DNA of 64,000 bases from the sequence record MK817115.1, one strand, 5' to 3'. How positions within the stretch are numbered: position 1 is the stretch's first letter; each line of letters begins with the position of its first letter. The notes under the pieces were generated by a model. That model ran no database searches, had not been told where the DNA came from, and was given only the letters and a program-made list of their open reading frames with translations. The translations under genes and the position numbers were made by a program. Shown piece by piece: positions 1 through 9,525 of the stretch.

Positions 1-2
1 TC

Positions 3-2021
3 CTACCACTGAAGGTAGGAACTTCATCTGACCCTAATTCAGCAGTTAACGTAAAATATCTTGAAGATAACCCTAATGCATTATTTGGTGTTGTACCCCC
101 TACCGATGATGTAGGAAAGAACAATAATACGTATTTTCAAATTGATGAAGATGGTATTGTTGATATTTTTGCAAAAAGTAATGGTACATGGGTAAAATCA
201 TTATACATTAATAAAAAAGTTCTATCCAGTAAAAATGGTGGCGATTTCATCGGACTTATTACTGGAGGTACAGTTCAACAGGCCCAGTTTTATATAACAC
301 CAGAAGAATTTGGTGCTAAAGGTGATGGCGAAACTGATGACACTGCTGCTGTAAATTTATGTGCTGCTTATGCTAAAGAAAATAAAATCCAAATTCAGGC
401 TGGTGGTAATTACCGTATCAAAACTGCAATATACCTGGAAGATGTAACTTGGTTTGGGGGAACTATTACTGGTAATGGTGGTACTATGGTATCCGTTATT
501 AATTCCCAAATACAATTTGCAACACTTACTGGATGTTATTTAAAATTCTTCGGTGGCGATGGTAAGTTTTATTTTAATAAATTTATAAACATCACAAGTA
601 CTGCTGCATTTTTAATGCAAGGTATGACACAACCAGGAACAATAGATTTTTGCTTTAATGAAATGACCCAATGTAAGTATGGTGTTCTTCAACAAGGTAC
701 TGGTGAGAAAATGAAGGTTGGTAGATATTCATATAACCACATACATGATATATATGGTGATGCAATTGAACTAAACGTAATTAACTCACATTATCCTGAT
801 GGTTTTGTGATTGAAGGAAACGTAATTGAAAACGTTGATGGTTCTAACGCTCCAATCCCACTTTCAAACTGGGGCATTGGTATTGGCGTTGCTGGTTCTG
901 GTCCTTATGGTTTAGATGCACCAGATACACAATATGTCAGAAACTTTGTTATTAAAAATAACAGACTATATAATGTTAGACAATGTATCCACGTTGAATT
1001 AGGAATGGACTTTAAAATACTTAATAATGAAGTTTATCCATCATCTTTAGTTTCTGTTGGTACTGGATTAACCACTGCTGGTGTTATAACTTATGGTTCG
1101 AAAGAATTCATTATTGATGGGTTGACTGGTCATTTGCTTAATGATCCTTCTATCACAAATAGAATGGTTTCAATAAACTGGGGTGTAACTTCTGGTCGTT
1201 TTGCTGGACCACCTAGAAACTTTAAAATTTCTAATCTCTATATTCCAGAGTCTTCTATACTTGTTTATACTTCCGGTTCTGATAATTGGTTAAATAATAC
1301 AGAATTGAGCAATATCACCTGTTCTAAAATCCTTTGGCGTGGTTTGCCATCATCATCTAAATTTAGTGATATTAGAACTAAAGAATTAGATGTAATTGGT
1401 CAACACCTCTCTACCGAAGGCGAAGGTGGTGGTATCTATACTCGCTCTAAATATACTTATACTAATTGGACTAACTGTGTTGTTCAAGATGATTGTAATG
1501 TTTCAAAATATAGTTTTTCTAAAATGTATGTAGACAGAATAGACCAATCATCTAATAACTTTAAAGTTACAACTGCAATCGATGGTACAGGACACCGTGG
1601 CCCAGTACTGATACCTGTAGTTGAGCAATATTATATTCCATACGATACTTTTCCTGGGGGACGCTATTTCTCTGAAGGCACGATTATTCATAAACAATCG
1701 GGTGGAAAATATATTGTAACTGTTGGTGGTTCTTTTTTCGGAAAATATGACACAATTAGACAAACGGTAGCAGGACAAACATACATAGAAGCATTGGGTG
1801 TGTCATGGGGTGAAAACCAATATGCAAAAGCTGCTGGTACTGAGATCATTATATCCGGTGCTGGTGAAAATGGTGGTGATTTGAGAACGTATATAACTCG
1901 TGCAGTGTATGTTGTAAACAACGTATATAGAATTGATATTGCAGATCCTATCATAACAGCAACTGCCGCTGGTGCAGCATTAAAAGCTGCCCAACCCGTA
2001 ACTTACATAACCCTACCATAA
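3..2021 (+). CDS. Tailspike, colanic-acid depolymerase-like (WcaM-related beta-helix); 5' end lies outside the window
   Basis: The frame of ORF 486..2021 is open back to position 3. It contains the pectate-lyase-3-type start motif PEEFGAKGDGETDDTAA, and NWGIGIGVAG...VRNFVIKN...RQCIHVELG closely resembles WcaM and phage colanidases. Confidence 0.8.
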   Translation, partial: LPLKVGTSSDPNSAVNVKYLEDNPNALFGVVPPTDDVGKNNNTYFQIDEDGIVDIFAKSNGTWVKSLYINKKVLSSKNGGDFIGLITGGTVQQAQFYITPEEFGAKGDGETDDTAAVNLCAAYAKENKIQIQAGGNYRIKTAIYLEDVTWFGGTITGNGGTMVSVINSQIQFATLTGCYLKFFGGDGKFYFNKFINITSTAAFLMQGMTQPGTIDFCFNEMTQCKYGVLQQGTGEKMKVGRYSYNHIHDIYGDAIELNVINSHYPDGFVIEGNVIENVDGSNAPIPLSNWGIGIGVAGSGPYGLDAPDTQYVRNFVIKNNRLYNVRQCIHVELGMDFKILNNEVYPSSLVSVGTGLTTAGVITYGSKEFIIDGLTGHLLNDPSITNRMVSINWGVTSGRFAGPPRNFKISNLYIPESSILVYTSGSDNWLNNTELSNITCSKILWRGLPSSSKFSDIRTKELDVIGQHLSTEGEGGGIYTRSKYTYTNWTNCVVQDDCNVSKYSFSKMYVDRIDQSSNNFKVTTAIDGTGHRGPVLIPVVEQYYIPYDTFPGGRYFSEGTIIHKQSGGKYIVTVGGSFFGKYDTIRQTVAGQTYIEALGVSWGENQYAKAAGTEIIISGAGENGGDLRTYITRAVYVVNNVYRIDIADPIITATAAGAALKAAQPVTYITLP

Positions 2022-2037
2022 AGGAGATTATATTAAA

Positions 2038-2934
2038 ATGGCAGTTTTTTCTAATTTAGAAGGAACCATGAAGAAGTCCTTCATTCTTGGGAAGAATGGT
2101 GCACAGATTACCACAAATGGTAGTGTTGTGCAAATTCAAAACTACTCAGGAACACAACTTCTTCCAATTTCAGCAGGTGAACCAACTGCAAACACACACT
2201 TGGTTACATTAGGATATTTAAACGCACACAGTGGTGGTGGTAGTTCTGGTATCTTACGTGGAACAACAGCACCATCCGATTCGATCGGTCTAGATGGTGA
2301 CGTTTACTTTTTGGTTGATAGTACTAATGTTCTTCAAATTTATATTAAAGATCTTGGTATTTGGAAACCATTTAAAGGTAGCTCACCTGGGACTGATAGC
2401 TCATATGTAACTACTGAAATAGTTCCTGTTTCTGCATTTACATTAGTGCCAGATACTACTGATCATTATACTTACACACTACCAGAATCAGTTCATGGTA
2501 GAGGTTCTGATATTATGATCCAACTACAAGGTGACCCAGGTAATGTTGCATTGGAATCAGTATTCCAAACCACAGTAACAGTTAGTGGTATTGGGGATAT
2601 AACAATTGATGTGATTGGTCAAATCACAGATTATGCAAGTGTTAAAGTAAACATTATAGGAGCAACAACAATGACAGTACCTTATAGTAAATTGGTAAAC
2701 CAAGCAGATTGGGTTTCTAGTGATGGTGATTTTACAATCACTATTCCTGCATCTGAACACAATCAAACACCAGATAATTTGTATATTTCAATTTATGCAA
2801 ATAAAACACCTGGGAGTGTTTCGTCATCTCCATTTGAATTGGTAGTGACTGATACACAAATTAGTAGTACTGGTGATGTAATCTTCACTTCTGATATTTC
2901 TTTCAGTGGTAAGATTGTCATCTCTGGTAAGTAA
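2038..2934 (+). CDS. Tail fibre/tailspike-associated structural protein sharing an N-terminal anchor module with the upstream tailspike
   Basis: 298 aa with an AGGAG RBS. LLPISAGEPTANTHLVTLGYL and GTTAPSDSIGLDGDVYF..IW resemble LPLKVGTSSDPNSAVNVKYL and GVVPPTDDVGKNNNTYF..TW of the upstream gene. Confidence 0.6.
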   Translation: MAVFSNLEGTMKKSFILGKNGAQITTNGSVVQIQNYSGTQLLPISAGEPTANTHLVTLGYLNAHSGGGSSGILRGTTAPSDSIGLDGDVYFLVDSTNVLQIYIKDLGIWKPFKGSSPGTDSSYVTTEIVPVSAFTLVPDTTDHYTYTLPESVHGRGSDIMIQLQGDPGNVALESVFQTTVTVSGIGDITIDVIGQITDYASVKVNIIGATTMTVPYSKLVNQADWVSSDGDFTITIPASEHNQTPDNLYISIYANKTPGSVSSSPFELVVTDTQISSTGDVIFTSDISFSGKIVISGK

Positions 2935-2941
2935 AAAAATT

Positions 2942-2973
2942 AACCAGACTTGTTCTAAATAAGTCTGGTTTTT
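2942..2973 (+). terminator. Rho-independent terminator
   Basis: AACCAGACTT-N9-AAGTCTGGTT hairpin followed by a T run. Confidence 0.75.
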
Positions 2974-3071
2974 ATTATATTTGCTTTTGTCAAATAACAT
3001 ATTAATTGTTGGATAACAGCATAATAAAACTAAATATATACATATTAACAAGGTTATAATGGAGGGTATAA

Positions 3072-6000
3072 ATGTACTCAATAAAAACTGACTTAGATAT
3101 TACTGGTGCTGGTACGGTTGGTAAGGATCTTTTAGTCAAAGGAAATGCTGTTTTCAACAATAACCTAACTGTAAATGGTACTGTAACTTTTGCAAATGCA
3201 ACTTTTACTGCCATTGAATCATCAACTGCCAACATTACATCTACTTTAGATGTAGGTGGCAAAGCAACACTTTCTGGTGGTCTTGGTGTTGAGGGTAATA
3301 CTACAATCGGTAGTGCAGTTGTTGGGTCTGATACAGCAACAATTAATTCAAACGCTACCTTTAACGGTACTGTATCAGTTGGTTCTGATTTTACACAAAC
3401 TGCTGGTACAACCACTCTACAAGCAACTAAAGTTAAAAACTTAGAAGTTGCTGAAACAACAGCATTTAAAGGTAATATTACTGCTGATGTTGGGACTACT
3501 GCTGCATTTGATAAAATTACTGCTAATACCGCAGAAATTACTAATGTAAGTACAACAGATATTAGTAGTACTGGTACTGCTACATTTAACGATGTGACAA
3601 TTAGTGGTACACTTGGTGGTGAGTTTAATCTATCTGACTTAAATGCAGTAACATTGAACGTTACTGGTGCATCTAACCAACAAGGTGCAGTAACTTTCGG
3701 TGCTAACGTAACTGGTATTAACAGTACTGCTACTTTTAAAGACATTCGTATTGGTTCTAACTCTGAATCACAAACCTTCAGATTAAGCTTCCCTTACACT
3801 GCTCCTGGTAAACGCCCAACTGTTATTCTACAAAACGAAATTCAGTCCGAGCTAATGTCACCTGCAAACTTGACAGTATTGACCTCTGCTTCTTTTGGTA
3901 ATGCGTCATTATCTTCTTATGGTATTACTGGTAATGGTCTAAACAAATTAGATTATCTAACAGTTTCTGGTAACAATACACAATCACCAGACACACCACT
4001 ATTAGAAGTTCAAAAAGGAAAAACTAAAGTTGCTGACTTTGAAGTAACCGGAACTGCAACTATTCCAAATATCGAAAGTACTGGTACTGCTAATTTTAAT
4101 AACATTAATGTTTCTGGTCTTCTTGGTGGAACGTTCCAACTAGACGATATTAATGCAGTATCTTTGAACGTTACTGGTGTAACTTCATTAGTTGGTGGTG
4201 TTACTCTTGGTTCTAATATTACTGGTTATAACAGTACTGCATCCTTTAAAGCTATCAGCTTAGGTCAAAATAGTCAAGATGCGGCAGTGAAACTAGGTTT
4301 TGGATATACTGCACCAGGTCAACGCCCAACAGTTATTCTACCTAACGAAGTTCAATCAGAAGTCGTTTCTCCTTCTACATTGAACGTTCTTAAAACAGCA
4401 ACTTTCGGTAACGCTTCTCTTTCCACTTATGGTATTACTGGTAACGGTCTAAACAAACTAGATTACCTAACTATTACTGGTAACGAAACACAAGCTCCAG
4501 GTACACCATTCCTACAAGTTGGTGGTAAAGCAATTCTTAATGATGTTGAATTTACTGGAACAGTAACTGGACTAACTGTTGATGTTAGTGGGCAGGATCT
4601 AACACCTAATTCTGTTGTCGCGGCAGCAAATATTAAAGGTGCAACACTTGAAAGTACTGGTAACACTACCGTGGGTGCTAAACTAACTGTTACTGGTGAT
4701 ATTGCTGGTACAACTGCAACTCTTTCTGGTGCATTATCCGCTGGTTCAGTAAGTTCTGGTTCTATTACTGGTACAACTTCTGTATCTGCACCAACAATTA
4801 GTGCATCTACTGAAGTAACGGCCCCTACTATCACTGCGAGTGGAACTGTAAGTGGGCAAACAATTAACGGTACTAATATTAGTGCAACAACTCTGACTGC
4901 ACCAACTATTAGTGGTAATACTAACTTTACAGAAAATGTTGATATTACTGGTAGCTTAACTGTTGGTTCTCTAGACTTGAGCACTACCGATATTAATGCT
5001 AAATCAATCACTACTACTGCTGGTGCAACTATTGGTGGTGATTTAGTAGTTCAAGGCTCTTTTGATTTATCAGCAGCCGACCTTAATGTTAAATCATTAA
5101 CTACTTCTGGTATTGTTAAAAGTAATGATCTTGTTAATGCTAACGTACTTCCAGTACTTAATAGTACTACCATAACGGCAACTACTGTTAATGCTGATGA
5201 TATAACTGTTACCGGATCTGCTAATTTGGGTACAATTTACTCAAGCTCATCTGTTCTAGTTGGGTCAACTTTAACTGTAACTGGTGAAACTACAACTGCA
5301 TCGTTGGTTACCCCAACCATTTCAAATGCAAGTGGTGTCACTATTTCCAATAATACAAATGTAACTGGTGACCTAACTGTTACTGGTGCAGTTATTCCAG
5401 GCTCTATCGATCTAGCAACAACTGATGTTAATGCTAAATCCATTACTACTACTGCTGGTGCAACTATTGGTGGTAACCTAACTGTTAATGGTACAGTAGA
5501 TCTTACTACGGCTGATGTTACTGTCAAATCTTTAACTAGTACTGGTGCAATTGTTAGTAATGAATCCACAATTAGTAGTGTTCTACCTAAACTTCAAAGT
5601 ACTGATGCAACTATTGCAACCCTTGGTTCAACAACTGCAAATATTACTAATTTGAATGTTACTGGTGCATCTACCGTAGCTGACGTAACTTCTTCAGGTA
5701 AAGTTAAAGCAGTTTCTGTAGAAACCCCAACAATTAGTAACGTTGATGGTGTATCTATTTCCAATAATACATCTATTACTGGTGACCTAACAGTTTCTGG
5801 TACAGTAACACCAGGTGCAATTGATTTGAGCACAACTGATGTAAGTGCAAAATCCATTACTACTACCGCTGGAGCAAATATTGGTGGAGATCTTGTTGTT
5901 TCTGGTACAGTTGATTTAAGTGGTGCTGATGTATCTGTTAAATCTCTAACAAGTACTGGTATTATTACAGTTAGTAGTGCAGAAGGTATCAACGTTCTAC

Positions 6001-8597
6001 CTAAAGTTCAAAGTACTGAAGTTACAGTGTCTGCTCTAAATGCAACAAATGCAGTAGTTTCTGGTGATGTTTCAGCAGCAACAGCTTCAATCTCAGGTGC
6101 AATTACTGGTGGGTCAGCAACACTATCTGGTGTTGGAACTGCTCTAAATGTAACTAATAACGCAACTGTTGGTGGTGTACTTACTGTTGGTTCTATTACT
6201 TCAGCGGCAGAAAATGTATCCATTACTAAAAATACCGCGATTACTGGTAATTTAGCAGTATCTGGAACACTAACTGCGGGTGTTATTGATCTTAGCACAA
6301 CTGATGTGTCTGTGAAGACATTAACTTCTCTAGGTGATGCAACCGTTCAAGGTAACTTAACTGTTGATGGTACTATTAACCTAAGTTCTGCAAACATCGT
6401 CGGTGTAACACTAGAAAGTACTGGCTCCACTACCGTAGGTACTGATTTGATACTAACTACTGGTAACATTACAGGTAGTCCATCTATTTCTGGTAACTTA
6501 GGTGTAACTGGCACTACAACTTTAACTGGTGCAACAACAGTTTCAAATACATTGAATACTGCTGGTAAACTAACAGTTAATGCTGGTGGAATTCAGGTTG
6601 TTGCTGGTGGTATACAAGTTGATTCTGGAACTATTACTGCTTCTAGTGCTAATATTTCTGGTAGCTCAACACTTAATAGTGCTACTGTAACCACTACACT
6701 AGGTGTTACTGGTGCAGCAAGTATGAATGGTGGTTTAACTGCTTCTACATTGGATGTAACAGGTGATAGTACAGTACAAAAACTAACTGTTAAGGGTGTA
6801 TTTGTTCCTGAAGGTGGTTTGGACTTATCCGGTGCTGATCTTAGTGTGAATAGCGTAACTGCGGCAACCACATTAAGTGTTACTGGTGCTAGTACTCTAA
6901 CTGGTGGTGTTTCCACTTCAACTGTTACTGCATCCGGTAAGGTAACCGCACAAGAACTAAGTACTGGTACATTGGATGTAACCACAAATGGAACTGTTGG
7001 TGGAACTTTAGGTGTAACTGGTAAAGCAACTGTTGGATCACTAGATTCAGGTGCAATCTCTGCAACATCTGGTACATTTAGTACTACACTAGATGTGACT
7101 GGTGCAGCAACCTTTGGTAATAATGTTAACATTACTGGTACATTAACCCCAGGTGCATTGGATTTAGCTAGTACTGATGTAGTTGCTAACAGTCTTTCTG
7201 TAGCTACAACTCTACATTCAGATGGCAACGCAACAATTGGTGGCACATTAGGCGTAACTGGTGCAGTATCTGCTCCATCAATCGCTCTTAATGGTGAAGG
7301 TGCTGCGTTAGCAGTTACTAATAACGCAACAATTGGTGGTACATTAGGTGTAACTGGTGCTACAACTTTAGGTTCTCTAACAACCTCTGGTGCAGTTAAA
7401 ACTGGTGCTGATGTTATTATCGGTACTAAAATTGGCGATCAACCAGAGACAGTTCAGATTTTCCCTAATACTTACATTGCTGGCTCCTTGCGTGTAGATG
7501 GTGGTATCAACGCTGATATTGACGTTAGTGGTCAAACAATTGAACCTTATGCAGTTGTTGCGGCGGACACTATTAGTGCAGCGGGTAATATTACTTCTGG
7601 TGCAGAGTTGATTTCCAAATCAGCAACTATTGGTGATGTTGGTTCACAAAACAACAACTTAACAATCAATGGTAACGTAGTTAACAACGGTAACTTTACA
7701 GTAACTGGTCTACTTAACGCAACACTAAACCAAGCAAACTCTGACGTGGCTGTTAAATCATTAACTGCAACCAACAGTGTTGCTGCTGGTACTAGTATTA
7801 CCGCAGGTACAAGTATTACTGCAACTGGTCTACTAAAAGGGAACACCCTTGAAGTAACTACTACTGGTTCATTTGGTGGTGCAGTAACAATGTCAAGTGG
7901 TGCTAACATTACTGGAACCGTTGGAATTACTTCTGGTAACCTAACTGTTGGTGGTGATATTTCTGCAACAGGTACTGCAACCCTAGCAGCAACTTCAGTA
8001 ACTACCATTACTACTTCTGGTGCAGCAACACTTGCTAGTGCATCTGTTACTGGAGCAGCAACAATCGGTGGTACTTTAACTGTTACTGGTTTAATGACTG
8101 CAAATGGTAGTGTTGTTTTAGGTGACGCTGCTGCTGATACATTAACTGTCAATGCAACATCTTCTTTCAAAGAAAATGCAGTATTTGATAAAGATGTAAC
8201 TGTAACTGGTCAATTAACAACTACTAATGCTGACCTAACTACTACAACAGTAACTACTAAAAAATATGATGTTATTCCTAATCAAGTAACTTCTTCTGTT
8301 ATCGCACCAACTGGTACTTGGACCCCAGACGGTACTAGCAACGTATACTTTATCACTCTAGATCAAGATACCACTCTAGCACCAATCACTGGTCTAATCG
8401 GTGGTGGTAAAGCATCTTCAGTATACATTTATGTGAAACAAGATGCAACAGGTAATAGAAACTTTACTACTGATGGTACTTATGCGGTTGTTGATGGCAC
8501 ACTGAACAAAACTGCAAACTCTGTAACTATCTACCAAGTCATTTATGACGGTGTGAGTCCAGTAACAGATATGTTTATTGCACAACGTACTGCTTAA
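3072..8597 (+). CDS. Very long repetitive tail fibre / virion fibre protein (1841 aa)
   Basis: GGAGG RBS. Thr/Gly/Ser/Val/Ala-rich with internal 170-aa and ~140-aa repeats. The C-terminal domain (ITLDQDTT...VKQDATGNR) is typical of phage fibre tips, and a DUF4376 chaperone gene follows. Confidence 0.7.
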   Translation: MYSIKTDLDITGAGTVGKDLLVKGNAVFNNNLTVNGTVTFANATFTAIESSTANITSTLDVGGKATLSGGLGVEGNTTIGSAVVGSDTATINSNATFNGTVSVGSDFTQTAGTTTLQATKVKNLEVAETTAFKGNITADVGTTAAFDKITANTAEITNVSTTDISSTGTATFNDVTISGTLGGEFNLSDLNAVTLNVTGASNQQGAVTFGANVTGINSTATFKDIRIGSNSESQTFRLSFPYTAPGKRPTVILQNEIQSELMSPANLTVLTSASFGNASLSSYGITGNGLNKLDYLTVSGNNTQSPDTPLLEVQKGKTKVADFEVTGTATIPNIESTGTANFNNINVSGLLGGTFQLDDINAVSLNVTGVTSLVGGVTLGSNITGYNSTASFKAISLGQNSQDAAVKLGFGYTAPGQRPTVILPNEVQSEVVSPSTLNVLKTATFGNASLSTYGITGNGLNKLDYLTITGNETQAPGTPFLQVGGKAILNDVEFTGTVTGLTVDVSGQDLTPNSVVAAANIKGATLESTGNTTVGAKLTVTGDIAGTTATLSGALSAGSVSSGSITGTTSVSAPTISASTEVTAPTITASGTVSGQTINGTNISATTLTAPTISGNTNFTENVDITGSLTVGSLDLSTTDINAKSITTTAGATIGGDLVVQGSFDLSAADLNVKSLTTSGIVKSNDLVNANVLPVLNSTTITATTVNADDITVTGSANLGTIYSSSSVLVGSTLTVTGETTTASLVTPTISNASGVTISNNTNVTGDLTVTGAVIPGSIDLATTDVNAKSITTTAGATIGGNLTVNGTVDLTTADVTVKSLTSTGAIVSNESTISSVLPKLQSTDATIATLGSTTANITNLNVTGASTVADVTSSGKVKAVSVETPTISNVDGVSISNNTSITGDLTVSGTVTPGAIDLSTTDVSAKSITTTAGANIGGDLVVSGTVDLSGADVSVKSLTSTGIITVSSAEGINVLPKVQSTEVTVSALNATNAVVSGDVSAATASISGAITGGSATLSGVGTALNVTNNATVGGVLTVGSITSAAENVSITKNTAITGNLAVSGTLTAGVIDLSTTDVSVKTLTSLGDATVQGNLTVDGTINLSSANIVGVTLESTGSTTVGTDLILTTGNITGSPSISGNLGVTGTTTLTGATTVSNTLNTAGKLTVNAGGIQVVAGGIQVDSGTITASSANISGSSTLNSATVTTTLGVTGAASMNGGLTASTLDVTGDSTVQKLTVKGVFVPEGGLDLSGADLSVNSVTAATTLSVTGASTLTGGVSTSTVTASGKVTAQELSTGTLDVTTNGTVGGTLGVTGKATVGSLDSGAISATSGTFSTTLDVTGAATFGNNVNITGTLTPGALDLASTDVVANSLSVATTLHSDGNATIGGTLGVTGAVSAPSIALNGEGAALAVTNNATIGGTLGVTGATTLGSLTTSGAVKTGADVIIGTKIGDQPETVQIFPNTYIAGSLRVDGGINADIDVSGQTIEPYAVVAADTISAAGNITSGAELISKSATIGDVGSQNNNLTINGNVVNNGNFTVTGLLNATLNQANSDVAVKSLTATNSVAAGTSITAGTSITATGLLKGNTLEVTTTGSFGGAVTMSSGANITGTVGITSGNLTVGGDISATGTATLAATSVTTITTSGAATLASASVTGAATIGGTLTVTGLMTANGSVVLGDAAADTLTVNATSSFKENAVFDKDVTVTGQLTTTNADLTTTTVTTKKYDVIPNQVTSSVIAPTGTWTPDGTSNVYFITLDQDTTLAPITGLIGGGKASSVYIYVKQDATGNRNFTTDGTYAVVDGTLNKTANSVTIYQVIYDGVSPVTDMFIAQRTA
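3600..4530 (+). repeat. Tandem 510-nt (170-aa) internal duplication in the fibre gene
   Basis: ACAGTACTGC at 3721 and 4231; YTAPG(K/Q)RPTVIL and YGITGNGLNKLDYLT each occur twice. Confidence 0.9.
4930..6400 (+). repeat. Four degenerate ~138-145-aa repeats in the fibre gene
   Basis: Recurrent DLSTTD(I/V)xAKSITTTAGAxIGGxLxVxGxxDL..A unit near 4980, 5410, 5825 and 6290. Confidence 0.8.
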
Positions 8598-8661
8598 TAA
8601 TTATAATAATAAAGGTGTCACTCATTTTGGGTGACACCATCATAACAAGTGAGGTAGTTAT

Positions 8662-9441
8662 ATGTTCACATATGTGAAAGGAAATTCAAAAGAAAATTAT
8701 GAATTGGGAAACATTATTTCCAATCCAATTGGTGTAAAAGGACTTAAAGAACGTCCTGGTGCAACACCAGAAGATCCACAAACCTATCGTTATCTTTATA
8801 GTGATATTAGAACTCTTTATGGTATTTCAAGTAAAGATGGTTCCCCAGTAGAACCTAATGATGCTGTTAGAAAAGAAGAAGGTTTTTGGTGGTTAGTGTA
8901 TAAAAATGTTGGAAATGTTAATGCTATTGAACAACCGTTGGAGTTTATTAAATTAAAAGATGAAAATCAACCTATTGTTGAATTTTTAGAAGACGCTACC
9001 GAAGAATATAAAGCACTAACTGTTCTTAAAACATATCATTATATTGATATGCCAATAGCAGATGTTAAAGTTGATTTAAAAGCAAGAACTATATCAGAAC
9101 GTACAAATCGTATGAATTCTGGTTATATGTTCAATGGTCATCGTTACAGTACTGATATGTCTGGTCGTCAAATGCTTCTTAATTACTATACACAAGTCAC
9201 TTCAGGTTCTGAAAGTGTTTCTATTTTTCTTGATGACGCAATTGTAAAATTATCTGCTACTGAAATGACACAACTATACACTGGAGCCTTTGCTATGATT
9301 GAGCAATTGTTTACAGAATGTGACAATCAGTGTGCAGCAATTGATGCAGTTGATGATTTAGATCCTGATGCAATTTATAAGGCACAACAAGCTGCAACTT
9401 GGGTATATGAAGGTGTTGATATTCCTGAACGTATACGTTAA
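8662..9441 (+). CDS. Tail fibre assembly protein, DUF4376-like C-terminal domain
   Basis: GAGGT RBS. RMNSGYMFNGHRYSTDMSGRQ...IVKLSATEM pattern of DUF4376; lies directly after the fibre gene. Confidence 0.6.
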   Translation: MFTYVKGNSKENYELGNIISNPIGVKGLKERPGATPEDPQTYRYLYSDIRTLYGISSKDGSPVEPNDAVRKEEGFWWLVYKNVGNVNAIEQPLEFIKLKDENQPIVEFLEDATEEYKALTVLKTYHYIDMPIADVKVDLKARTISERTNRMNSGYMFNGHRYSTDMSGRQMLLNYYTQVTSGSESVSIFLDDAIVKLSATEMTQLYTGAFAMIEQLFTECDNQCAAIDAVDDLDPDAIYKAQQAATWVYEGVDIPERIR

Positions 9442-9525
9442 TTTTTTAAGGTCAAGCCTATGCTTGGCCTTTTCTTTTAACTAAAATAAATACATCATAT
9501 AAATCTATTCTGAGGAAATATTTAA

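Noticed and set aside
3002-8170. Many antisense ORFs opposite the fibre gene (e.g. 3002..3745, 4463..5011, 6593..7246, 7547..8170) and similar ones opposite other long genes
   Set aside because: Shadow frames caused by the biased codon pattern of the real gene on the other strand
3072-8597. Ice-nucleation protein or autotransporter call for the 1841-aa protein
   Set aside because: No strict 8/16/48-residue AGYGST periodicity and no C-terminal beta-barrel; the context is a tail-fibre operon
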